In this document: in pieces, positions 1-9,420 of the stretch | Layout of the letters: each line of letters begins with the position of its first letter | How positions within the stretch are numbered: the stretch's first letter is position 1 | Position numbers and translations under genes: made by a program | NCBI GenBank assembly: GCA_049515895.1 | Contig: JBEKTQ010000007.1 | Coordinates: 64,001-128,000 of the forward strand | DNA length: 64,000 bases | Direction: 5' to 3' | From: Candidatus Bathyarchaeia archaeon | GTDB lineage: Archaea; Thermoproteota; Bathyarchaeia; Bathyarchaeales; Bathycorpusculaceae | Notes under the pieces: model-generated | Databases searched by the model: none | What the model was told of the DNA's origin: nothing | What the model saw: the letters and a program-made list of their open reading frames with translations, nothing else

Positions 1-369
1 ATAATTCCATATTTTGACGCCTATATAGGCGTTAAAAGCATAAATAACGCCGCTGTTGCCGTTATTATAAAGTGGATTTGCGCTGTTATTCCAATTAGAC
101 CCAACATATACTACTCCGTTAACAATGGCTGCGGAGGAACCGATTTGGCTGCCATCAAAATGTCCTTCAACGTAGCTCCAAAGCTTAACAGGTTGTACGG
201 GTCCAGTGTTATTTGTAGCACCTGTATGTGCAGAGTTATTAAGGAACATCGACCAATCTCCAGAAGACTGCTTAGCATCCACTTTTGGCGCTAAAGCTAA
301 AAACATTGATAAACACAAAATAGCAATAAACGCAAACGCTAATGTTCCTAGGTTTCTTTTCTTTTTCAT
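1..369 (-). CDS. Secreted PQQ-like/BamB-type beta-propeller protein, N-terminal part (runs off window)
   Basis: Manual translation, not in the ORF track: MKKKRNLGTLAFAFIAILCLSMFLALAPKVDA (signal peptide), then DWSMFLNNSAHTG...KLWSY...SSAAIVNGVVYVGS...IYAFNAYIGVKIWNY, which are typical PQQ-repeat motifs. Confidence 0.8.
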   Translation of the reverse strand, partial: MKKKRNLGTLAFAFIAILCLSMFLALAPKVDAKQSSGDWSMFLNNSAHTGATNNTGPVQPVKLWSYVEGHFDGSQIGSSAAIVNGVVYVGSNWNNSANPLYNNGNSGVIYAFNAYIGVKIWNY

Positions 370-640
370 TCGTTTTCCAATTTGCTATGGCTGTTGAAGC
401 GATAAAAGAGTTATCGTCAAGGATTCTTGACTAAAGGTTTCTTGACAAAGCTTGACCATTGAGTTTCTGGATAGGAAGAATCATTTTTTTTGATTTTTTG
501 GCTTGAAAAATGGTTCATCATGGACTTTGATTCAATAACGAAGGAAGTTTCTCCATGGTTTTTTTGGTGTTGATTAGTAATCCCAAGCAATCCACAATTA
601 TATAACATGTTTCCTGCTTCTTCTGCCAAGGTTTATCAAT

Positions 641-1051
641 TTGGATATTAGGCTTCAAGTTTTCGAGTATTATACGGATGACAATAGTGGGCGAAAAAAC
701 TTTCGCTTCGCTGTTGTTAACAGTATTAAGTCCAAGAGTTATCCTCAGAATTTTGTTTGCATGCTACCTTCACAATTCGGAAAAGGAAAAGTAGATAGTG
801 CGTTCCTTAAGTTATTCGGAGACAGAAGCTGGGAACAAGCCAAATCCTTGTTGAAAGCCGCTCGGGAGCAGGAAGATGATTCTGAAATTAAAGCAGAAAT
901 TGAGAGAAGACTCAAACTACTTGAGCCTAAAGGAGCTAATCAAATAAAGTGCAGTAGCTGCGGAAAACTCTTTCAGCCCAGACGAATAAAAAGGTTCAAG
1001 AACAATTTTTGCGGAGAATGCATGAAGAAAAAGTTTGGAGACCGAGTATAG
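641..1051 (+). CDS. Hypothetical protein with C-terminal CxxC...CxxC zinc finger
   Basis: 136-aa ORF; CSSC-x14-CGEC at the C-terminus. Confidence 0.7.
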   Translation: MDIRLQVFEYYTDDNSGRKNFRFAVVNSIKSKSYPQNFVCMLPSQFGKGKVDSAFLKLFGDRSWEQAKSLLKAAREQEDDSEIKAEIERRLKLLEPKGANQIKCSSCGKLFQPRRIKRFKNNFCGECMKKKFGDRV

Positions 1052-1152
1052 AGTAGGCTTCTATGCTTTAAGCTGATATAATCAAATGGATATGTTTTTC
1101 ACTACACACATATCGTTAATTCTGATTTCAAATTAGTAATAAGACGATTGGT

Positions 1153-1428
1153 ATGAGGCGTTCTAAAATAGAAATGTACGTTGACATCCTTACAGTTCTG
1201 ACCAATAGAGGACCACTAAATCTAACACACGTCAGTTATCAAGCAAATGTTAACTGCTCTATCCTAAAAGAGCGCCTTGACTTTCTCATTAAACAAGGTT
1301 TAGTAGAAGAAGGCGCAGTAAGGAAACAGCGTGTAGTTTACGGTGTTACACAACGTGGAATGACCGTTCTGAAATCCTTTAAAGAACTAAAACAGGTGCT
1401 ACCCATGGTAGAGGAAGAGGAAGCATGA
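1153..1428 (+). CDS. Winged helix-turn-helix transcriptional regulator (archaeal RRSK-type wHTH)
   Basis: MRRSKIEMYVDIL...LTHVSYQANVN...LDFLIKQGLV...YGVTQRG pattern of small archaeal wHTH proteins. Confidence 0.85.
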   Translation: MRRSKIEMYVDILTVLTNRGPLNLTHVSYQANVNCSILKERLDFLIKQGLVEEGAVRKQRVVYGVTQRGMTVLKSFKELKQVLPMVEEEEA

Positions 1429-1543
1429 AACCAAGCAGCAATACCCTACTGAACATCCTACCCGTTTCATTTTATGCAACTTTTTTAATGCTCAAAAGTC
1501 TTAAATCTACAAGTTACAGAATAAAATTATTCAGGGTTTTGTA

Positions 1544-1891
1544 TTGGACCCACAAGAAGTTGCTGTCGCTTTAGAAAAGACTTACGTGCTTGTTGTACGA
1601 GTGGTTAATTTTCAAAGAAATAAACCAATCAAGAATGTTAACGTTAAAGTTTTCATATTGGAAAAGGCACCAATAACGCTCCAACAATGGGCTGAAAATC
1701 TCAAAAATGGAGCCCCATTTAAAAAGTTGATACTCTCGATGAATACCGACAATGATGGTAACGTAACTGCTGAACTTGCAGAGGGCTCTTATGAAGTGAA
1801 AGTCGAAAAATACGGTTTAAATAAACCCTTTGAATTAACGCAAAATGACAGAGTTCTCTTTATTGAACCGAAAAAGCATTGGTGGCAATAA
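1544..1891 (+). CDS. Hypothetical protein with carboxypeptidase-regulatory-like (beta-sandwich) domain
   Basis: KPIKNVNVKV...TDNDGNVTAELAEGSYEVKVEK motif. Confidence 0.65.
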   Translation: MDPQEVAVALEKTYVLVVRVVNFQRNKPIKNVNVKVFILEKAPITLQQWAENLKNGAPFKKLILSMNTDNDGNVTAELAEGSYEVKVEKYGLNKPFELTQNDRVLFIEPKKHWWQ

Positions 1892-2343
1892 GTCTTGAAT
1901 CTGCACAGGGTAGAATAGCCTAAAGAGAAAAAGGTGGTCGTAGTATTCTCAATTACATTTTTTTCCATAATAGGATAAATCGCCTTTGAAACCTTCGATT
2001 AAATTTCCTACTGCAGCTTGAGATTGTAAGAAAGAATCTATATATGCCGTATCACTTAAGAATTCGACCAATGGTTCAATAACCTCTTCAAATGATAATT
2101 TCTTCTTGCCTTGAACCTTTTCGGGTAAATATTGTTTAAAACTAAGATGGAAGAGGGAAAATTCTATTCAATAACAGAAATGAGCCACATGTTAGTTGGA
2201 ATCCGACTTTTTGAGGAAGATAAATGATATTGGATTGAAGCCGACTTGAAGTAGTATATTTCTTGGTGGTTCTTGTCGTATGTGTTGCCCTATTTTTCGG
2301 TCTGTTCGTGAGTATAGGAGTTACTGACGCTGTAATCTTAACT

Positions 2344-2721
2344 TTAATCGTTGCTTTCATTACGGTTCTCTTTGGCTACATTTTGTTCGTCAGAAGTGGT
2401 TGTTTCGTCATTCAGATCAACTTCGTTCTTTTCCCTAACGCAACCGCTGGGTCTGTAAACTAAAACCAATTCCTCGCATACTCTGCCTTCGAGCTTGCCC
2501 AATTCTGTACACATTCTGCTTTTGACTTCATCCTCTGGCACGGTACAAGTTCTAATAGTGGCTTTCTCTAATCTTAACAAGGTGCCATCATTCTTTTCAA
2601 TATACGTTTTGATTTTAACTTCGCCAATTCTTTCTCCTGCTTCCTGCCCCATAAATAATCTTCCTTTCTCGACTTTCTCTTCCATTTCTTTGGGCCTTCC
2701 CCAAACCCTTTGGACCCACAT
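2344..2721 (-). CDS. Hypothetical protein
   Basis: 125-aa ORF with protein-like charged composition and an upstream AGGA; no family recognised. Confidence 0.5.
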   Translation of the reverse strand: MWVQRVWGRPKEMEEKVEKGRLFMGQEAGERIGEVKIKTYIEKNDGTLLRLEKATIRTCTVPEDEVKSRMCTELGKLEGRVCEELVLVYRPSGCVREKNEVDLNDETTTSDEQNVAKENRNESND

Positions 2722-2960
2722 ATCCTATTATTAACTAATAATAAGAAAGGTAAGCCTATTAGTTTAACGCGAAAAGTGAGTTTTGAAAGAGAACTTCCTT
2801 GTTAAGAAAAGGCATGTTCTTCAAGACATTTTGGAATTAGTTCATGAATTTTATGTGGCAACCGTAAGTATCTTGTATAAGACTGACTGGCTAGGGGTTG
2901 TAGGTTTTTCATACTTCTTTTTTGATTGTTAAATGTTGTGTCAAGATGTGACAACATAAG

Positions 2961-2989
2961 GTAATATACTGTACAGTATAGTATATTAC
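2961..2989. promoter_or_regulatory. Nested palindromic operator candidate
   Basis: GTAATATACT-N9-AGTATATTAC (10-bp perfect inverted repeat) overlapping the perfect 16-bp palindrome TATACTGTACAGTATA (2965-2980), 18 nt upstream of a small ORF. Confidence 0.55.
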
Positions 2990-3007
2990 GATAAGAGATA
3001 ATCTAAA

Positions 3008-3133
3008 GTGACTGAATGCCCTTGCTGTCATAAAGAAGTTTCAAAACCTCAAACGCTTTTACAGAACAGCTATTTCGTCATCGAAGCCTATACTTGTAAT
3101 GAATGTAAGGGCAAATTCAAGATAATAAAATAA
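3008..3133 (+). CDS. Small zinc-ribbon protein (41 aa)
   Basis: Manual translation: MTECPCCHKEVSKPQTLLQNSYFVIEAYTCNECKGKFKIIK; two CxxC knuckles; GTG start. Confidence 0.7.
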   Translation: MTECPCCHKEVSKPQTLLQNSYFVIEAYTCNECKGKFKIIK

Positions 3134-3141
3134 CTTCTGTT

Positions 3142-3354
3142 CTACGGCTTAAAAATAATCAAGTAATCCTTGTTCTCTTCAAGAGAGAACTTTCTATTTT
3201 TCAGTAATAACTCAATTTCTTCGCGGTCATAATCGCCTTTAATCTGTAATTGGTGACTGTCAGGGGTTCTTTGTTTGATGAGAACGAAAGTGGGTTGTAT
3301 TAAATGCTCTGTACCTAATTCCTTCAATAGAGCAACAGCTTCTTTCCTATCCAA
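3142..3354 (-). CDS. Small hypothetical protein
   Basis: 70-aa ORF, TTG start with upstream GAGGGG RBS-like motif. Confidence 0.65.
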   Translation of the reverse strand: MDRKEAVALLKELGTEHLIQPTFVLIKQRTPDSHQLQIKGDYDREEIELLLKNRKFSLEENKDYLIIFKP

Positions 3355-3984
3355 CAGGTTACCCCTCAGTCGATCGACTTATGAACGTACAAGACTAATA
3401 ACGCTTTGCTATGTACTTTACAGTAACTTAGTTCAAGTTTTCATTGATGATAAGTCTTAAATCTGAATAGCGTAGAAATAGCCTATCATGGAATAACAAT
3501 CGAAGGCGAAAACAAATGGAAAACACTAATACAAAACGCTGCAAAAACAGCTTAAGGGGTAATTATGTTTTGATTTTTTCGGTTTTTCTGTTTAGTCGCT
3601 AATCTTTAAGTTTTTTCGATTAATTGACTCGCTTCAAAGACACAGATTATATCGGTGCTTTGCTTTATGCTGTCACAGTCAATCAGGTGTGCTGTTCCGT
3701 CTGGGCAGTAGACTTTGTCACCTTTTAAAGTTTTTTTGTATCGTACACTGCATTCCTTAAGCATGATACAGCCATCGCAATCTCTTGAAAGCATTCTTTT
3801 TTCACCTCTACTTATGTTCGGAAGCAGAGAGTATCCGTGGGGGAGCTAATATAGCTTCTCTTAATAATCTATATATAAATTAACACATAAACAAGTGTCC
3901 CACGAAACTTAACACCGCGGTTTACACCGAAAACCTATCCAACAAGTTACTCCTCACTCCACTTGTGAACGTACAAGACTAATA
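3346..3984. repeat. Degenerate ~50-55 bp direct repeat (3346-3400 and 3934-3984)
   Basis: Both copies read CCTATCCAACA(G/A)GTTAC(C/T)CCTCA...ACTT(A/G)TGAACGTACAAGACTAATA. Confidence 0.8.
3606..3794 (-). CDS. Small Cys-rich hypothetical protein
   Basis: CDGC-x5-C...YCPDGTAH; upstream GAGGTGA RBS. Confidence 0.65.
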   Translation of the reverse strand: MLSRDCDGCIMLKECSVRYKKTLKGDKVYCPDGTAHLIDCDSIKQSTDIICVFEASQLIEKT

Positions 3985-4324
3985 GCTTGGATACAATAGA
4001 CCAAAATCGATAGGTAATGAATAATAGTTAAGTTTCCAGAGTAATCAAAATAAATAAGAAAAAGCATTGTCATCAAGGCTTTTTGGACTTAGTTCATGGA
4101 TTTAAATGTGATTTCAAACTAAAATTTGCGTAGCTCTATTTCATGGCTAAAAAGTGTGAGAAGATATCTAAGTGACATTTAAAACAACATTACACCTGCA
4201 AGATAACACAGATTCCTTCAGGTTAACGCTCTATTTTTTGGTGGAAAAATGGATTTATTAGTGACTTAGACTTTCGAGACAACCCTTAAACCTGCAAATC
4301 TAATAATATTATTTTGGGATTGGT

Positions 4325-4837
4325 ATGGAAGACGAAGTGGTGATCGTAGAAGTTAAACCCAAGATGTTTAATATTACAAACGAACCGGGCAAAAGCACCT
4401 TCAGGCTTTGTTACAAAAAAGAACTTTATGAAGTTAATCAACCAATAACCAAAAAACCAGAATACTTAGCTATCAGAGCCCCAGCAGGCGTCTGGATAGA
4501 GATGCTGTTTGCGATTGACCAAGTCAAATCAAACTTTCAAAAAGGACAAATTGTTCCCCAAGGATGTCCAATGAAAGTTAGCATCCCGCTTAGAATGAAG
4601 GATAGAACGTCAACATGGCACAAAATCTGGTACACATCCTTCAGAACTTTGCTAACTCACAGTTCATCTGAAGAGTTTGGCGAGGAGAAATCAAAGCCTA
4701 TCACACAAGTAATCATTGAAGATGACCGGATTCTCTGCAACGGATATGAATGCAAGCATTTCAGCTACTGCAAGTACTTTAACCATTCACCGAGTGCTGT
4801 TATAAGTACTGTACCTAAAACAGATTATTCAAGTTAA
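4325..4837 (+). CDS. Hypothetical protein with C-terminal Cys cluster
   Basis: 170-aa ORF; CNGYECKHFSYC. Confidence 0.6.
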   Translation: MEDEVVIVEVKPKMFNITNEPGKSTFRLCYKKELYEVNQPITKKPEYLAIRAPAGVWIEMLFAIDQVKSNFQKGQIVPQGCPMKVSIPLRMKDRTSTWHKIWYTSFRTLLTHSSSEEFGEEKSKPITQVIIEDDRILCNGYECKHFSYCKYFNHSPSAVISTVPKTDYSS

Positions 4838-4899
4838 ATAATATGGTAGGTGCCACGCTATTCTTTTATTGTTGCCCTGCTATTTGAATTCTGATATAG

Positions 4900-6045
4900 A
4901 TGAAAAGGCTGTATGTGTACGCATTAGCCCTTCTGCTTGTTGTCTTGTTGCTTGGTTTGGTTATAGAATTTTACATTACAAATCACGCGGCGACAGCTTC
5001 TCCGAATGTTTCTGTTGGCATTGACGCTGCTTTCTCAGGCGTAGCAAACGTTGAGGAACTTGTTAACGAGGTTAAATCATACACGAACTTTTTTGTCATC
5101 GGCAGCACTGTAATCACCTATAACATGTCCGAACTCAATCAGACTTGCCAGTACCTCAATGATAGCGGACTCTGCTTTGCGCCTTTCATGCACATTAATC
5201 CTGAAGCTTTCAATCAGACGCAGTGGGTAATTCAAGCCCAGCAGAATTGGGGAAGCCATTTCTGGGGTTTGTTCCCTTATGATGAGGCTGGAGGTGCACA
5301 AATAGATAAGGCAAGATCTTCAGTTGAAAATGGCAACATATCCCTTATGCTTGTACAAGAAGCTGCCAACTATACAGATGCGGCTGATAAATTCGTGTCA
5401 AACTTAAGCGGTGATTTGGCACCGTTCAAGTTTAACGATGTTCCCTTGATGACCTCTGATTATGCTCTCTATGAATTTGATTACAGAGCAGGCTACAATG
5501 TAGTCTTAGCTGAGCTCGGGTATAACTTGAGCAAGCCACTACAAGTAGCGCTATGCAGGGGAGCAGCCACAATGCACAACGATGATTGGGGCGTCATAAT
5601 AACTTGGACTTACGGACAACCGCCCTATTTAGAAAACGGAAGCCAACTTTTCGACGACATGGTATACGCTTACCAAAGTGGAGCAAAATACATACTCGTA
5701 TTTGACAGCAACCTAAATTACACTCAAAATGTTCTGCAACAAGGACAACTCGATGCTATGAAGCAATTCTGGAATTACATAAAGGCAAATCCGAGAGAAG
5801 AAAACAATGTTCAGGACAGAGTAGCTTTTGTGCTTCCAGCAAATTACGGATACGGTTTTCGAGGACCAAACGACACTATTTGGGGTTTATGGTCTGCAGA
5901 CAACCTCTCAGCAAACATATGGAACAACGTCACCAGTTTGTTCGAGCAATACAAAACAAATATTGATGTAATCTACGAAGACGATCTACAATTCAGCATA
6001 AGCAATTACAGCAAACTAATATTTTGGAACGGGACAGTAATTTAA
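4900..6045 (+). CDS. Membrane-anchored/secreted hypothetical protein, probable glycoprotein
   Basis: N-terminal hydrophobic helix; many N-x-S/T sequons (NVS, NMS, NQT, NDS, NIS, NYT, NLS, NGS, NDT, NVT, NYS, NGT). Confidence 0.8.
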   Translation: MKRLYVYALALLLVVLLLGLVIEFYITNHAATASPNVSVGIDAAFSGVANVEELVNEVKSYTNFFVIGSTVITYNMSELNQTCQYLNDSGLCFAPFMHINPEAFNQTQWVIQAQQNWGSHFWGLFPYDEAGGAQIDKARSSVENGNISLMLVQEAANYTDAADKFVSNLSGDLAPFKFNDVPLMTSDYALYEFDYRAGYNVVLAELGYNLSKPLQVALCRGAATMHNDDWGVIITWTYGQPPYLENGSQLFDDMVYAYQSGAKYILVFDSNLNYTQNVLQQGQLDAMKQFWNYIKANPREENNVQDRVAFVLPANYGYGFRGPNDTIWGLWSADNLSANIWNNVTSLFEQYKTNIDVIYEDDLQFSISNYSKLIFWNGTVI

Positions 6046-6223
6046 AAAAATTATTTCCATTAAATGAATAGCTTAGCTTTATAGCAATATTCTTTGATTG
6101 CTGTTTGACGCTATTTCTCTCGCTAAGCTGGAGCCTTCGACCTTGTTGAGGTGAAATGAAACTTGAAAAATCGCAGTTTTTGCTATAGCTCTGCTATTGA
6201 AACCCAAAAGGAATTAAACAGAC

Positions 6224-6391
6224 TCAAGGAATTTCTGTTTTATTGTCACGTAGAGCTAACCAGCGTTTAAACTCTAGTCCAGTACACTTGCCTTTCCTCA
6301 GCCAGTTGTCACCGTACTTCTCGTTCAGCCTTTCATCGTAGGACCTAAAAGTTTCTGATTCAGTTACTTCTATGCTATTTCTTTTCTTCAA
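6224..6391 (-). CDS. Small hypothetical protein (55 aa)
   Basis: Manual translation: MKKRNSIEVTESETFRSYDERLNEKYGDNWLRKGKCTGLEFKRWLALRDNKTEIP; GGAG RBS and TATAAG upstream. Confidence 0.45.
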   Translation of the reverse strand: MKKRNSIEVTESETFRSYDERLNEKYGDNWLRKGKCTGLEFKRWLALRDNKTEIP

Positions 6392-6540
6392 TTATTAATA
6401 GCTCCAGTTTGACTCTTATACATGTCTCCGCTTAAAGTTAAGCCTAACTGCTAACATCGAAAAGGAGGGTCAGTGACTTTCAAACGAGGCACGCTAAACC
6501 TCCAAATCACACTCAGAATTTTTCCGAAATTATGGTGATT

Positions 6541-6761
6541 TTACAAACGATTTTGAGGAATCCAAAAGAATGGTGAATTTGTCTGTTGAACCACTTCCAG
6601 CTTTCCGCCACACATAGGGCATTCTAAGGGTGATTTCTTCTGAAAATATATTAGTTCCACCCAACATGTGTAGCAAAAGTAAATCTGACATTTTAGGCAC
6701 CACTTAAAGCCTCCTCCAATCATCCTACCGCAATCATCACAAGGTTTGTTAAATCAACCAT
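6541..6761 (-). pseudogene. RING/PHD-like 8-Cys zinc-finger protein with 5' frameshift
   Basis: Frame reads FNKPCDDCGRMIGGGFKWCLKCQIYFCYTC...CPMC; the ATG at 6761 is out of frame by one base. Confidence 0.55.
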
Positions 6762-6865
6762 AATTAGCGTTCTTCCATGTGATGCATGAGTTAGTGTTTG
6801 TCTTATCGGAGACGCTACAATCTCCTTATAGTTAAAGGGAGGCAGTACCCTTTGGGCGAAACATA

Positions 6866-7152
6866 ATGGAGGGCAAAGTAACTTGGATAAGTGATAAGCG
6901 CAGACACCCCGAAAGATACAAAGAAGAAAACGAAACCTACCCGCAAGCGTTAATCAATGTAGAGAATGGGCTCAAATGTATTCCGTCAAGGTTATCAAAG
7001 TAGAGGATTTACCTGAATTTTGCTCCCCTATTTCTGGCAATAAGCTAATCGAATTTTGTGACGAACTATGCAAGCAACGAAGCTCTGAAAAAGCATGCCT
7101 AAAACTGGAGCAATTGAAAGGAAGAGATTCCCGAAAACGTTTTAGATTTTAA
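6866..7152 (+). pseudogene. Possible frameshifted small gene (two overlapping short ORFs)
   Basis: MEGKVTWISDKRRHPERY... (from 6866) overlaps MYSVKVIKVEDLPEFC...RFRF (6976-7152). Confidence 0.3.
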
Positions 7153-7596
7153 AGCCACCTAAGCCGCGACAAGGCTAATTCATCTAAAGCCCACTCAGAC
7201 TCAAAGGTTATACCGGGTTTTTGAATATCTTTACAATGTTTTAGTCAACTGAAAGAATTTTTCCAAAGGAAAGAAATTGTAAAATTGAACTTACTTAACG
7301 TGTGATTAACCAAAAAAAGGAGGAAGCGGGTGACATCTCCACTGGTAGGTGGTTCAAATCCAACACCTTGCTTTCTTTCCTTTGAGTTCCTGAAAAAATC
7401 TAACCTGTAAGTCAAACGAACTCTTTGAGCATCACAATAAATTCTTAAACCGTGCTTCTTGCGAAGCGCAGCAGACAGCTTTTTAAAAACTTCCCTTTAT
7501 CGATTACTCACTATATAAAAAGACAGATAACTATCACGAAAAATTTATATTTAAATATCTGATTGTTGAATTCCGTTTGTATTAAAAGAATAAAAC

Positions 7597-9285
7597 TTGG
7601 TGAAAATTATGTCTCAAGGTGGAGGAACAGTTCCAATTCTGGTACTTAGAGAAGGAACCGGCCGAACAACTGGCCGCGAAGCACAAAAAAACAACATAAT
7701 GGCTGCAAAAATAGTGGCTGAATCAGTGAAAAGTACGCTTGGTCCCTGCGGCATGGATAAAATGCTCGTTAACAGCATGGGCGACGTCGCCATAACTAAT
7801 GATGGTGCAACAATAATGAAGGAGCTAGACATTCAGCATCCCGCAGCAAAAATGCTTGTTGAAGTTGCCAAAGCTCAAGACAATGAGGTCGGCGACGGAA
7901 CAACGACAGCGGTAATTCTGGCTGGAGAGTTGCTTTCAAAGGCTGAAGGCTTGCTTGACAAAAACGTGCATCCGACAGTTATAATTGAAGGTTACAAGAA
8001 GGCAAGTGAGAAAGCCCAAGAAATTTTGGATCAAATAGCCGTTCCTATTTCGATAGATGATGAAAAAACCCTGAAGGATGTGGCAATCACATCCCTGGCT
8101 AGCAAAGGCATTAATGTTGCTGAAGAGCACTTTGCAAAAATTATCGTTGAGGCAGTTAAACAAGTTTCTGAAAAAATCGACGGAAAATACAAAGCTGACA
8201 TTGACCTTGTAAAAGTCGTCAAGAAACACGGCAAAAGCCTAGACGATACAGAGCTTGTCAGAGGAATGGTTATCGACAAGGAAGTTGCAAGCTCACAGAT
8301 GCCCAAGGTGATCGACGGCGCCAAAATCGCCCTGTTAGATGCAAAGCTGGAGATTGAGAAAACAGAGTTCGATGCTAAAATCAACATTGAAAGCCCCGAC
8401 CAAATGCAGCTTTTCCTCGACGAAGAAGAACGCATGCTCAAAGAAATGGTTACGTCAATTACGAAATCCGGTGCAAACGTTGTCTTCTGCGAAAAAGGCA
8501 TTGACGACATGGTACTGCACTTCCTCAGCAAAGGCGGAGTCTTAGCAGTTAAAAGCGTTAGTAGCAGCGACATAGAAAAACTATCCAAAGCAACAGGCGC
8601 CACGATAGTTGCAAGCGTGAAAGACCTCAAAGCTGATGTTCTCGGCAAAGCAAAACGCGTTGAAGAGGTCAAAATCGGCGATGACAAACTCATCTATGTC
8701 CGGGACGCTAAGAACCCCAAAGCTGTAACAATAGTCATCCGAGGCGCATCCAACCATGTCATCGACGAAGCAGAACGTTCACTGCACGACGGCTTATGCG
8801 TTGTGCGTAACGCGATTGAAGACGGCAAAATCGTTGCAGGCGGCGGAGCACCCGAAGCAGAACTAGCCAAAGGCTTGCGCGCATACGCAGTTAAGGTCGG
8901 CGGACGCGAACAACTCGCGGTAGAAGCCTACGCGGAAGCAATCGAATCAATCCCGCTTACGTTGGCAGAGAACGCAGGATTAGACCCCATAGATATCATG
9001 GTAGCACTTAGGGCGCAACATGAGAAGCCAGACGGAAAGTACTTCGGCATCGAAGTTACAACAGGCAAAATCAAAAACATGCTAAACCTGCTAGTAATTG
9101 AGCCACTAAGGGTGAAGCTACAAGTCATAAAATCAGCCACCGAAGCTGCAAACATGATACTCAAAATCGACGACCTAATCAGCGTCAAAGGCGGCGGAAA
9201 AATGCCTCCGATGCCTCCAGGCGGAATGGGCGGCGGTATGGGTGGAATGGGTGGCATGGGCGGTATGGGCGGAATGCCCTACTAA
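7597..9285 (+). CDS. ths: Thermosome (group II chaperonin) subunit
   Basis: [17 protein letters not shown] and GGGAPE motifs; C-terminal GGM repeats; likely start ATG 7609. Confidence 0.98.
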   Translation: MVKIMSQGGGTVPILVLREGTGRTTGREAQKNNIMAAKIVAESVKSTLGPCGMDKMLVNSMGDVAITNDGATIMKELDIQHPAAKMLVEVAKAQDNEVGDGTTTAVILAGELLSKAEGLLDKNVHPTVIIEGYKKASEKAQEILDQIAVPISIDDEKTLKDVAITSLASKGINVAEEHFAKIIVEAVKQVSEKIDGKYKADIDLVKVVKKHGKSLDDTELVRGMVIDKEVASSQMPKVIDGAKIALLDAKLEIEKTEFDAKINIESPDQMQLFLDEEERMLKEMVTSITKSGANVVFCEKGIDDMVLHFLSKGGVLAVKSVSSSDIEKLSKATGATIVASVKDLKADVLGKAKRVEEVKIGDDKLIYVRDAKNPKAVTIVIRGASNHVIDEAERSLHDGLCVVRNAIEDGKIVAGGGAPEAELAKGLRAYAVKVGGREQLAVEAYAEAIESIPLTLAENAGLDPIDIMVALRAQHEKPDGKYFGIEVTTGKIKNMLNLLVIEPLRVKLQVIKSATEAANMILKIDDLISVKGGGKMPPMPPGGMGGGMGGMGGMGGMGGMPY

Positions 9286-9293
9286 AACCCAAC

Positions 9294-9318
9294 TTTCTTT
9301 TTTCTTTTTAAATTTTTT
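9294..9318 (+). terminator. Oligo-T archaeal terminator
   Basis: Successive T-tracts immediately after the ths stop. Confidence 0.6.
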
Positions 9319-9420
9319 AGACCAATTGTTGCGGTTGCTTTTTAATCTGTTATGCATTCTTAAACTGTAAACTTATATTCAAAACGGCTCAACATTATTC
9401 GGTGTCCTGGAGGCTTACAC

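Noticed and set aside
206-629. ORFs 206-397(+) and 417-629(-)
   Set aside because: The first is antisense to the PQQ-repeat gene; the second has no recognisable motif or RBS.
1950-2360. Minus-strand fragments (2142-2360 ORF and a start-less frame FKQYLPEKVQGKKKLSFEEVIEPLVEFL...)
   Set aside because: Possibly a decayed gene, but there is no start codon or recognisable family, so it cannot be supported as a feature.
7340-7370. Intact tRNA gene
   Set aside because: Only a T-arm-like element is present and no cloverleaf can be built; kept only as a possible att relic.
9218-9277. GGNATG-type tandem repeats
   Set aside because: They encode the ordinary GGM tail of chaperonins.
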